Source: an uncultured Thermoleophilia bacterium (GTDB lineage Bacteria; Actinomycetota; Thermoleophilia; Solirubrobacterales; CAVPYU01). From it: DNA of 64,000 bases. The stretch is taken from NCBI GenBank assembly GCA_963710065.1, contig CAVPYU010000005.1:624143-688142 (forward strand), given 5' to 3'. The notes under the pieces were generated by a model. That model was not told where the DNA came from, searched no databases, and saw only the letters and a list, made by a program, of their open reading frames with translations. The translations under genes and the position numbers were made by a program. Below are positions 28,017 through 36,320 of this stretch, one piece after another (the first letter of the stretch is position 1; each line of letters begins with the position of its first letter).

Positions 28017-28940
28017 TTACTGGTTAGAGAGCCGCCAGCAAGAATCTCTAACTCTTTCGGCCTCGATCCGTGCTGCCGAGCTGGGGTCGCCGCCGTACTG
28101 CTTATGAGCCTCGACAATGCTACGTGCTGCTGTCACAAGGGCAGCTGCAGGCTGCGGCTTGAACACCTCGGCAATCTTCGCCAGATCACCGCCTTGCGCA
28201 CCTATTCCTGGTAATAGAAACGGCGTATTAGGCATTAGCTCGCGCAGTGGCTTGATCAGATCTGGGGCTGTTGCGCCAACCACGGCGCCTACACTTGATA
28301 GCCCACTCTCGCCGACCAGATCCTTCCCAAGGCGATCAACCATTGTCGCAACACGTTCGTAAACACGCGTCCCGCTGCACTCAAGATCCTGGATATCCCC
28401 AGCACCGGGATTCGATGTGCGTACCAATATGAAAACCCCTGCACCTTCACTCCTGGCTTTATCGATGAACGGTCTGAGAGAATCGCCGCCAAGATACGGG
28501 TTTACGGTGAAAGCATCCGAACCCAACCCAGGTATCTCTCCCCACTGTGTTTCAATCCCACCGAGAAGGCTCTCAGAGTAAGCAATCGCTGTGTGTGGAA
28601 CGTCACCCCGCTTGCCGTCAACGATTGTCACCAGCCCCGCATCTTGTGCAATCTGCACAACCTGACGAAGCGCCTTTAATCCTTCGGGACCGAGCCTTTC
28701 AAAGCATGCAAGCTGTGGCTTCACTCCAACACAGAGGTCACCGATCAAATCGACCAGTTGCCTGCAGTGCTCTACAACAGCTACAGAAGCAGCTCTGGAA
28801 GGATCCTGACTCTCTTCAGCCTTCGACCCAACGCCGGGGAGCAATGCGCGCGGGTCAGGGTCCAACCCAAGCACAAGCTGACTGCGACGCTCTTCTACGA
28901 GCCCTGCCAGCCGATCTATGAAATATGAAGGCCGCCCCAA
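28017..28940 (-). CDS. pyrF: orotidine 5'-phosphate decarboxylase, type 2
   Basis: It has LVLGLDPDP, VKPQLACFE and DGKRGDVPHT, and is 307 aa long. Confidence 0.9.
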   Translation of the reverse strand: MGRPSYFIDRLAGLVEERRSQLVLGLDPDPRALLPGVGSKAEESQDPSRAASVAVVEHCRQLVDLIGDLCVGVKPQLACFERLGPEGLKALRQVVQIAQDAGLVTIVDGKRGDVPHTAIAYSESLLGGIETQWGEIPGLGSDAFTVNPYLGGDSLRPFIDKARSEGAGVFILVRTSNPGAGDIQDLECSGTRVYERVATMVDRLGKDLVGESGLSSVGAVVGATAPDLIKPLRELMPNTPFLLPGIGAQGGDLAKIAEVFKPQPAAALVTAARSIVEAHKQYGGDPSSAARIEAERVRDSCWRLSNQ

Positions 28941-29005
28941 GAAACCCCTTTCTTCATGATTCCTTGAGACGGCCTCAACCTATGCTGTCTATTCAGTCCG
29001 TACGC

Positions 29006-29296
29006 CTAGTAAATCGCAGCACTTTCCTTGACTGCCTTCTTCAGCTTGCTTCCCGCCGTGAACTTTGGCACGTTCGCTGCCGCAATCTGGATCCTCTCCC
29101 CGGTCTGCGGATTTATTCCCTGACGTGCACTACGCCGAGTCACATGGAACTTGCCGAAGCCGGTGAAGCTCACTTCTCCACCGGACTTAAGCGCGCTCTC
29201 AAGCGATTCGATTACCGCATTTACGGTCTCATCTGCTTGTGCCTTGCTGATGTCTGCCTTATCGGCAACCTGCGCAACAAAATCTGATTTGGTCAC
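29006..29296 (-). CDS. hup: HU/IHF-family nucleoid-associated DNA-binding protein
   Basis: It has the GFGKFHVTRRSARQGINPQTGERIQI arm. The GTG start at 29296 is preceded by AAGGAGG, so the track ORF start at 29359 was rejected. Confidence 0.9.
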   Translation of the reverse strand: MTKSDFVAQVADKADISKAQADETVNAVIESLESALKSGGEVSFTGFGKFHVTRRSARQGINPQTGERIQIAAANVPKFTAGSKLKKAVKESAAIY

Positions 29297-29392
29297 AGCG
29301 CCTCCTTGGGTCTGATCGATATTTCGCCCCACACTAACACTGTCTGCGGACAAGAACAACCACCAAGCCCACTATTCATGCGGAGATTGAGA

Positions 29393-29611
29393 TTATTGCT
29401 TCGAGCTATCCTCGCCGATTCCTATCAAAAGATCGGCCAAATTGAGGATCGACTGTCCTTCTTGCGACTCAGGGTCAACGGATTTTGCTGTCCCATCCGG
29501 CCAGCGCATGACGACGCGGGGGGATCGCTTTTGCCGTCGCCTCCTTAAAAATGAGTCCACTTCTTCGCCGTAACCTATTAAGCGTTTTATCGGGTCTCTC
29601 TTCGACTTCAC
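29393..29611 (-). CDS. hypothetical 72-aa protein
   Basis: This is a track ORF only. It lies 9 nt downstream of the preceding ORF on the same strand, and no family was recognised. Confidence 0.35.
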   Translation of the reverse strand: MKSKRDPIKRLIGYGEEVDSFLRRRRQKRSPRVVMRWPDGTAKSVDPESQEGQSILNLADLLIGIGEDSSKQ

Positions 29612-29620
29612 TGCAAAGCC

Positions 29621-30007
29621 CTATCGTTCTCGGCTTTCATCCGACTCTAGGTCGTTGATCAACCTATGCATGTCGTACAGAATGAGGGCCGGAAGTGCTG
29701 AGCGACCTGTGACCGCGACAACCGAATGTTTCTCGCCCAACGTAATGAAAACAGATCCGTTCCTTGCTGCAAGTTCCAGCTGATACGGCGGCGAGTCATC
29801 TCCGTGCCCCTGCTGCGAGGTCCAGTCCACGATCTGTTCAACGATATCGGCAGCTGCACGCTCTTCCTCTGACTGCGATTCAAATGTTGTGGACAGGACC
29901 CTTCCCTGATCGTTCAGTATGAGAGCCTGTCTTACGTCGTTCGACATCTCGGTCAGATACTTCAACGCAAGCTCGGCATTCATAATACGAAACGTTAACT
30001 TATCCAC
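29621..30007 (-). CDS. hypothetical protein, possibly Roadblock/LC7 (MglB-like) fold
   Basis: At 128 aa, its pattern of alternating hydrophobic strands and helices (VRQALILNDQGRVLS..., GSVFITLGEKHSVVAVTG) resembles Roadblock/LC7. This is an impression only. Confidence 0.45.
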   Translation of the reverse strand: MDKLTFRIMNAELALKYLTEMSNDVRQALILNDQGRVLSTTFESQSEEERAAADIVEQIVDWTSQQGHGDDSPPYQLELAARNGSVFITLGEKHSVVAVTGRSALPALILYDMHRLINDLESDESRER

Positions 30008-30040
30008 CGGGTAGATATGTCAGAATAGGGATTCAATTCA

Positions 30041-30178
30041 ATGTCTGCACGAATAGCTTGGATAACCGTCGTTCTCATCTGCTTACTGGCGTGCGTTTTG
30101 CTTTTGGTCAACGGATACGTGGGTTACAGCGCAGTCCTTCTGGCAGTTGGAGGCTCGGCAGCTATCAATCTTCTCTAG
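30041..30178 (+). CDS. possible 45-aa hydrophobic peptide (MSARIAWITVVLICLLACVLLLVNGYVGYSAVLLAVGGSAAINLL)
   Basis: This is a hand-translated ORF in the gap upstream of 29621..30007. Its 3' end overlaps the rdgB stop region by 14 nt. Confidence 0.25.
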   Translation: MSARIAWITVVLICLLACVLLLVNGYVGYSAVLLAVGGSAAINLL

Positions 30179-30743
30179 CGAGAAAACTCAAAAGCCGACG
30201 AGCAGCTTCGCCTCTGTGACTGATCGCATCTTTCTCTTCCTGTGTCAGCTCAGCCATAGTTCGACCGTCTTTCATTGAATGCGGTACGAACGAAGGGTCG
30301 TATCCAAATCCGCCCTCGCCCTTGCGATCCAAGATCAAGGTGCCCTTGCATCTCCCTTCAAATAACTCCGCCCGACCGTCTGGCCACACCAGGGCCAGAG
30401 CACACACGTACTCCGCACTTCTATCGTCTATCCCGCTGCACTCCTCTAATAGGCGATCTAGGTTTTCAGCGTCCGTCGCATCTGGTCCTGCATAACGTGC
30501 TGAACGTATCCCCGGAGCTCCTTCAAGCCCGGGTACGGCTATGCCTGAGTCATCGGCGATAGCTGGAATACCAATGATATCTGATGCAAAACGCGCTTTA
30601 AGGACAGCGTTTTCAGCAAACGTCTCTCCCGTCTCGTCGGGGAGTTCAATGCTGTCGGGAATACCTACTAGTTCGTGCGGTTGGAGCAGCTCGGTGAATT
30701 CTCTGAGCTTGTGCGGATTACGAGTTGCAAGAACAAACCGCAC
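30165..30743 (-). CDS. rdgB: dITP/XTP pyrophosphatase (Ham1/RdgB family)
   Basis: It has ATRNPHKLREF and GGFGYDPSF, and lies downstream of rph as commonly found. Confidence 0.9.
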   Translation of the reverse strand: MRFVLATRNPHKLREFTELLQPHELVGIPDSIELPDETGETFAENAVLKARFASDIIGIPAIADDSGIAVPGLEGAPGIRSARYAGPDATDAENLDRLLEECSGIDDRSAEYVCALALVWPDGRAELFEGRCKGTLILDRKGEGGFGYDPSFVPHSMKDGRTMAELTQEEKDAISHRGEAARRLLSFLARED

Positions 30744-30748
30744 GTTTT

Positions 30749-31474
30749 CTATGAACCCAAAGCATTCATCTGCAAATCCCTAAGGACAGATATCCCTGTC
30801 GAAGCCAACTCAAGCAACTGATCGAGCGACGCTCTTGACAGAGGAGTCCGTTCAGCCGTTGCCTGAACCTCTACCAGTCCACCGTCGCCTGTCATGACCA
30901 CATTCGCGTCGACCTCCGCTCCCGAATCCTCCGGATAGTCCAAGTCAAGCAGTGCCTCACCACCGACGACACCACAGCTGACGGCAGCAACTGACGAGCT
31001 GAGCGGCAGAGACTTGAGTACGTCTTTTTCTACCAGAGTCTGCAGTGCGTGCTGCAACGCCACAAACCCACCAGTAATCGCAGCGCAGCGTGTACCCCCG
31101 TCTGCCTGCAGTACGTCACAGTCGATGTATATCGTCCTACTCCCCAGCTTCTTAAAATCTGCAACGCCCCTCAACGAGCGACCGATCAACCTCTGAATCT
31201 CCACAGTACGACCGTCAGGACGGCCGCGAGTGACGTCACGCTTCTTCCGATCACCGGTTGAAGCCGGAAGCATGCCGTACTCGCCGGTGATCCATCCAGT
31301 GCCCTTATCTTTAAGCCACGGGGGAACATCTTCCAGAACTGATGCCGTGCAGATAACCCTGGTCATACCTATGGAGATAAGAGCTGAGCCATCAGCGGTC
31401 TCTACAAAGCCGGTCTCAATCTCCACAGGCCGAAGCTCGTTGAATGCTCTCCCATCTGTACGGTCAACTCCCAT
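30749..31474 (-). CDS. rph: ribonuclease PH
   Basis: It has RTDGRAFNELRPV and GWITGEYGMLPASTGDR, and is 241 aa long. Confidence 0.95.
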   Translation of the reverse strand: MGVDRTDGRAFNELRPVEIETGFVETADGSALISIGMTRVICTASVLEDVPPWLKDKGTGWITGEYGMLPASTGDRKKRDVTRGRPDGRTVEIQRLIGRSLRGVADFKKLGSRTIYIDCDVLQADGGTRCAAITGGFVALQHALQTLVEKDVLKSLPLSSSVAAVSCGVVGGEALLDLDYPEDSGAEVDANVVMTGDGGLVEVQATAERTPLSRASLDQLLELASTGISVLRDLQMNALGS

Positions 31475-31564
31475 TGTTTGGGAGATTCTATTTTGTGGCT
31501 CGGCCGAAGTCCCTGATCGATCACGGAATCATCTCCTTTTACTTCCAGATCATCGGTGAACTGC

Positions 31565-31810
31565 CTATCCGAACTTAACCTTGTTGACCGCATCTTGGAT
31601 CTTCCTGATGATGATCTCTGCAAGGCTCTTGCCCTCTTCAGACTGGAAGCCCTTCATCGCAGCAACCACTCCTGCCATTAGCAGCGCAACGACCAAGATC
31701 AGTCCTACATATTCCACCGTTCCCTGACCCCGATCCGATGAAACCCTGCGACTCAAGGTTGAGCCTGTGTTGACCAACCAGGCGTGCGAATATCCGAATA
31801 CCCGGTACAT
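31565..31810 (-). CDS. Flp/DUF4244-like class III signal-peptide pilin candidate
   Basis: It has the G|TVEY motif followed by a hydrophobic helix (RGQG TVEYVGLILVVALLMAGVVAA) and a short polar tail. The predicted mature part is about 50 aa. Confidence 0.5.
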   Translation of the reverse strand: MYRVFGYSHAWLVNTGSTLSRRVSSDRGQGTVEYVGLILVVALLMAGVVAAMKGFQSEEGKSLAEIIIRKIQDAVNKVKFG

Positions 31811-32013
31811 GATGCCTCCCTTTTTGTTTCAGTCGATTGTCGATATAAAAAGGCAACGACTCTATGCCAGGATGTAAAAACTTAGAAACGAAGCTCAATC
31901 TTCTCATGTAACCGCTCTACAAACCCTCGGCGCTATATATAGAGGCAAACGCGCTATCACTATCGAAGCTCACTACAAGAGCCAATGCCGTATAGTCAAT
32001 CACTGATTTAACG

Positions 32014-32988
32014 ATGCGGATCTTGATCGTCACAAACATGTATCCAACCGATGAAAGGCCCGGCTGGGGCATCTTCGTGCGTGATCAGGTACAGGCGCTC
32101 TCCCGCATCCCGGGAATCGAAGTGACGGTATGGAGGTTCAAACCGGGCAGCTACCGATACATCAGCGCCGCGATACGTCTTTTCATGTACTTAAGGAACC
32201 GAGAGTTCGATGTCGTACATGCCCACTACGGCCTCAGTGGATGGACGGCACTGGTCGCTGGCAGAAAGCGATTGGTCGTCACCTTCCACGGAACCGACCT
32301 TCGTCACCGACTGGTCGCCCCGCTCTCTCGACTGCTTGCCCGACTTGTGAAGATACCGGCGGTCGCATCCCCAAAGTTAAGAGGCCGACTAGGCAGGCTC
32401 GGAGGCAAAGTGGCCGTCTTGCCTACCGGAGTCAATTTGGAGCGATTCCATCCCATTCCTAGTGATGAAGCGCGCAGGCAGCTTGGGCTTGAGGGGAAAA
32501 ACCGCCTACTTCTGTTCCCAGCAGACCCCAGTCGGTCAGTTAAACGGTATGACCGAGCAAAGGAGCTTGCTGCACGCTTGCCTGAAACCGAGCTGATTAC
32601 ACTGGGAGACGCAACCCCAGATGAGGTCGCTTTGTGGATCAATGCCTCCGATGCAGTACTCGTGACCTCTGATGAGGAGGGATTTGGACTAGCTATCTGT
32701 GAGTCCCTAGCGTGCAACAAGCCGGTGCTGTCAACACCTGTTGGTATTGCTCCGCTGGCCCTCTCCGGTATAGATGACTGTCTCTGCTCACCTTTTGACC
32801 TCGACATATGGACCGATGTGGTCAGGGATCTCTTCAAGAGTGAAGATCCAAGGATTCACGGTCGGGACCAAGCAGAGCTTTTTGAAACCGGAAGGATGGC
32901 GGAGCGCGTGGCCAAGATCACGGCCACCATCTCTGAAAGTACTCAACGGCCCGCTCGGCAACCGGCAGGCGCTCGACTGTCTGAGTAG
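32014..32988 (+). CDS. GT4-family glycosyltransferase
   Basis: It has MRILIVTNMYP at the N-terminus and SDEEGFGLAICESLACNKPV at the C-terminus. Confidence 0.85.
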   Translation: MRILIVTNMYPTDERPGWGIFVRDQVQALSRIPGIEVTVWRFKPGSYRYISAAIRLFMYLRNREFDVVHAHYGLSGWTALVAGRKRLVVTFHGTDLRHRLVAPLSRLLARLVKIPAVASPKLRGRLGRLGGKVAVLPTGVNLERFHPIPSDEARRQLGLEGKNRLLLFPADPSRSVKRYDRAKELAARLPETELITLGDATPDEVALWINASDAVLVTSDEEGFGLAICESLACNKPVLSTPVGIAPLALSGIDDCLCSPFDLDIWTDVVRDLFKSEDPRIHGRDQAELFETGRMAERVAKITATISESTQRPARQPAGARLSE

Positions 32989-33931
32989 TCTTTGCTTCGA
33001 CCCCCTCGCTGACTGCGGCCTCCATCGTTGCGGCGACCGACACCGCTAGAGCCTCTAAGTTGTAACCGCCTTCGAGCGCAAATCCAAACGGAGCTTCCAG
33101 CTCCTCCGATAGCTGCCTGATTCGAGAGGTCATGGTTGAGTATGAGGACTCGGTTAGTTCGATCAGCGCCAACGGATCGTCTACGTGTGCATCGTATCCA
33201 GCGGAGACAAGTATCAGATCCGGCTTGAAGCTTCTGGCTATCGGCTCTATCAGGTGCTCCATCAACGAGAGGTATTCGAGCTCGCCTGTCCCCGGGGGTA
33301 CGGGCAAGTTGACCGTATATCCCTCTCCCTTGTCGCATCCATGACTTTGCATCTCACCTGATCCTGGATAGAGCGGCATCTGGTGGATGCTGCAAAAAAG
33401 AACAGTGTCCGTGTCGTAGAAGATGTCGTTAGTACCGTTGCCGTGGTGCACGTCCCAGTCGAGTACCATCACTCGCTCACATCCTAATTCCTCAAGGGCG
33501 TACTGGGCCGCAATCGCCACGTTGTTGAACAGGCAGAATCCCATCGCCTGCGTAGTCGTCGCGTGATGACCGGGTGGTCGCAGCCCGCAAAAACCTGTCA
33601 CGACATCGCCACAAAGCAACATCTCCACCATCTGAACTGCACCACCTGCTGAGTCAAGCGCCGCTTGCCAAGACCCCTCACTGACGACAGTTTCGGGACT
33701 GGGACGCTGTTCTTGAAGGCAGCTGGACCTCACCGAGTCGATATAGGAGCTCTCATGAACCGCTTCGAGCTGTTCTTTTGTGGCAGATCTAGCTTCTTCC
33801 CGCCTGTAGCCAAACCAATCACAGCTGGCAAGCTTCTCTTCGATCGCAGTGATTCGTTTCGGTTGTTCTGGATGCTCACCGGTGTGATGCTCGAACGAGG
33901 AGCTATTGTGAAGATAGACCCCGCCGCCCAA
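32918..33931 (-). CDS. histone deacetylase-family amidohydrolase (AcuC/HDAC-like)
   Basis: It has RPPGHHA, DWDVHHGNGT and GGYN motifs. Confidence 0.85.
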   Translation of the reverse strand: MGGGVYLHNSSSFEHHTGEHPEQPKRITAIEEKLASCDWFGYRREEARSATKEQLEAVHESSYIDSVRSSCLQEQRPSPETVVSEGSWQAALDSAGGAVQMVEMLLCGDVVTGFCGLRPPGHHATTTQAMGFCLFNNVAIAAQYALEELGCERVMVLDWDVHHGNGTNDIFYDTDTVLFCSIHQMPLYPGSGEMQSHGCDKGEGYTVNLPVPPGTGELEYLSLMEHLIEPIARSFKPDLILVSAGYDAHVDDPLALIELTESSYSTMTSRIRQLSEELEAPFGFALEGGYNLEALAVSVAATMEAAVSEGVEAKTTQTVERLPVAERAVEYFQRWWP

Positions 33932-34112
33932 CGGTCATACCCTGACTATCTCTGCTGCCAACTTGAAGGTTCGTTCAATCGCTGCCCCCTTTTGGCACCA
34001 GCCATCCAGTCGGCCCAACCGTGCTTCGATTTCGTCCTGAGACAGAAGTCCCATTGCTCAATGGTAGTAGCCAATCGTTCGCCTCCCACCTAATGAGATA
34101 GTCTCTCAAAAG

Positions 34113-35573
34113 ATGGCTGACAACTCTACTCCCAGATTCGACATGCTGGTTATCGGAAGCGGAGCCGCAGGTCTCTGGACCGCCCTGGTAGCCGCCGAAA
34201 ATGGCGCGGAGGTAGCAGTCGTCTCCAAAACCCCTCTCTCGGGTTCGGCTAGCTTCTGGGCTCAAGGTGGGTTGGCCGCAGCGGTCGCACCTGATGATTC
34301 GGTTTCGGAGCATCTCAGGGACACTCTTCAAGCAGGACGCGGCGCATGTCGTACAAGTGCCGTGCAGGTTCTCTGCGAGGAAGCACCGGGTATCGTCGAA
34401 GAGCTTCTACAGCTGCAAGTTCCGTTCGATCAAGAATCCGATGGCAGGCTGGCGGTGGGTCTGGAGGGAGGCCACAGCCACAGCAGAATTGTTCACTCGG
34501 GTGGTAGTGAGTCAGGTATGCACATGACTAGCCGTCTCTCCGAGCTGGTTTCCGCGCACGCCAAGATATCGGCCTATGAGGGTGTATCTGCGCTTGCTCT
34601 ATGGTGCAACGAAGGAAGGTGCATTGGAGCTGTAACTGAAAACGACAGCTACCTGGCAAGAGCGACTGTCTTAGCGACTGGTGGGGCTGCAGCAATCTGG
34701 GAGCGTTCGACCAATCCGCCCGGTGCGACCGGCTCTGGCCACACACTTGCACATGAGGCGGGAGCCGCTCTTGCCGATCTGGAATTCGTTCAATTTCATC
34801 CTACGGCTCTGGCAAGACCAGATGGCGGCCGCTACGACGGTTTTTTGATAACCGAGGCGATTAGAGGCGAAGGGGCCCATCTACTAGATAAAAGCGGTGA
34901 GAGATTTGTCGATGAGCTGGCGCCGAGAGACGAGGTTGCTCGTGAGATCCTGTCTCGACAGCGAACTGACGCCACTGATTCTGTGAACCTGGACTTGCGG
35001 AGCGTCGATCTAGAGCATTTCCCAACGGTGTCCACGATCCTCAGCAAGGTTGGCTTCGATCCCGGTCATGACTTGATCCCTGTCTCGCCAGCGACCCACT
35101 ATATGATGGGTGGAGTCGCAACAGACCTTCAAGGTCGTACCACGGTCGACGGGCTATATGCAGTGGGTGAGTGTGCCTGCACCGGACTTCACGGCGCCAA
35201 CCGGCTCGCTTCAAACTCCCTGAGTGAGTGTTTTGTGTTCGGCAAAAGGGTCGCCCTGGCCGCGGCCGACGAGCCACAGCAGCCCTCGGACCCTGGTGAA
35301 GCACCGACAACAATGTCATTAAAGCCGGTGCTCCATGAGACAAGATCGAACCTCTGGCAGAATGCAGGACTGGACAGAGACCGTGATGGACTGCAGATGC
35401 TCCTAGACGATCCTCACCCCCTTGCACGTTTGATCGGCCAAAGCGCATTGGCCAGAGAGGAGTCCCGGGGAGCGCACTACCGCACCGACATGGGGGAAGC
35501 GGATCCGAGTTTTGATCATCAACATATTGTCGTCTGCGGAGACAACGAAGTTGAGATCGAAACGTGGGATTGA
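34113..35573 (+). CDS. nadB: L-aspartate oxidase
   Basis: It has the FAD motif DMLVIGSGAAGL, plus EAIRGEGA, HYMMGGV and C-terminal EESRGAHYR. Confidence 0.9.
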   Translation: MADNSTPRFDMLVIGSGAAGLWTALVAAENGAEVAVVSKTPLSGSASFWAQGGLAAAVAPDDSVSEHLRDTLQAGRGACRTSAVQVLCEEAPGIVEELLQLQVPFDQESDGRLAVGLEGGHSHSRIVHSGGSESGMHMTSRLSELVSAHAKISAYEGVSALALWCNEGRCIGAVTENDSYLARATVLATGGAAAIWERSTNPPGATGSGHTLAHEAGAALADLEFVQFHPTALARPDGGRYDGFLITEAIRGEGAHLLDKSGERFVDELAPRDEVAREILSRQRTDATDSVNLDLRSVDLEHFPTVSTILSKVGFDPGHDLIPVSPATHYMMGGVATDLQGRTTVDGLYAVGECACTGLHGANRLASNSLSECFVFGKRVALAAADEPQQPSDPGEAPTTMSLKPVLHETRSNLWQNAGLDRDRDGLQMLLDDPHPLARLIGQSALAREESRGAHYRTDMGEADPSFDHQHIVVCGDNEVEIETWD

Positions 35574-35759
35574 TCCGGCTGTACACATAACTTGACAGTG
35601 TTGAGGATCGATGTCCGAGGGATCACTCTACCTCCCTCTTAACATTAACTTAACATTCGAAACGCATGAACTAGTGGTTAACTTAAGGCCTGCGAATCAA
35701 CCACATTTTCATTATCTGAACAATCGCGACTTCAACTGTTTAAGAAAGGTACTGGGATA

Positions 35760-36191
35760 ATGTTTCAGTTCAGCAGGTCCATATTCCGTGAGCTGGCTCC
35801 AGACGTCCGTATTGAGAAAATGCCGAGCCAGAGGGAGTCGAATCTCCAGCGTGTTTTGGAAGCGTGTGAATGTGCAATGGAGCGGCTGGCTACAGATCGG
35901 CGCCACTTCACAAAACCATCGAGAACGCTGTTCAACGATATTAGGGTCTACTTCCCATTGAACAGACAGGTAAAGGTTTACAAGGTCATCGAATGCAACA
36001 TGGAGCTTGCGCTTGAATATATGAACAGCCAACCTCACGATGGAATAGGATTCGACGGGAACCCATTGCGTTGCAGGGCAACAACACGCAAGGGCAAGCC
36101 TTGCCAGCGTGTGCCACTTCCAAACAGCCATTACTGTCCCTCCCATCAACATCTCGAAGAACCGTTGATGGAGGAAGTCTCAACCGCGTAG
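35760..36191 (+). CDS. hypothetical protein with C-terminal C-x10-C-x11-C-x2-H zinc motif
   Basis: The track ORF is followed by a strong terminator on the same strand. The C-terminus reads RCRATTRKGKPCQRVPLPNSHYCPSHQH. Local GC is low. Confidence 0.45.
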   Translation: MFQFSRSIFRELAPDVRIEKMPSQRESNLQRVLEACECAMERLATDRRHFTKPSRTLFNDIRVYFPLNRQVKVYKVIECNMELALEYMNSQPHDGIGFDGNPLRCRATTRKGKPCQRVPLPNSHYCPSHQHLEEPLMEEVSTA

Positions 36192-36261
36192 GGAAATAAA
36201 ACTTTAGCTACCGCAAGTCTCCGGCAGAAGCCGTGGATGCAGGGAGCGAAATTTAACAACT

Positions 36262-36291
36262 GACGGCGGCCTTGGGGCCGCCGTCTTTTTT
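36262..36291 (+). terminator. rho-independent terminator
   Basis: A 10-bp GC-rich stem gacggcggcc/ggccgccgtc with loop ttgg is followed by T6. Confidence 0.8.
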
Positions 36292-36320
36292 CGTGGGATC
36301 AAACAGTGTAGATTGAGACA

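Noticed and set aside
29297-29359. The track extends the HU gene at its N-terminus.
   Set aside because: AAGGAGG followed by GTG at 29296 gives the canonical HU N-terminus (MTKSDF...).
33975-34331. A 118-aa minus-strand ORF lies upstream of and overlapping nadB.
   Set aside because: It overlaps the nadB start region (FAD-binding motif) by about 220 nt and has no recognisable motif.
35712-36152. A 146-aa minus-strand ORF lies opposite the orphan zinc-motif ORF.
   Set aside because: The strong terminator at 36262..36291 is oriented for the plus-strand ORF, and the minus-strand product is Cys/Trp/His-rich. The choice remains uncertain and is flagged in the findings.
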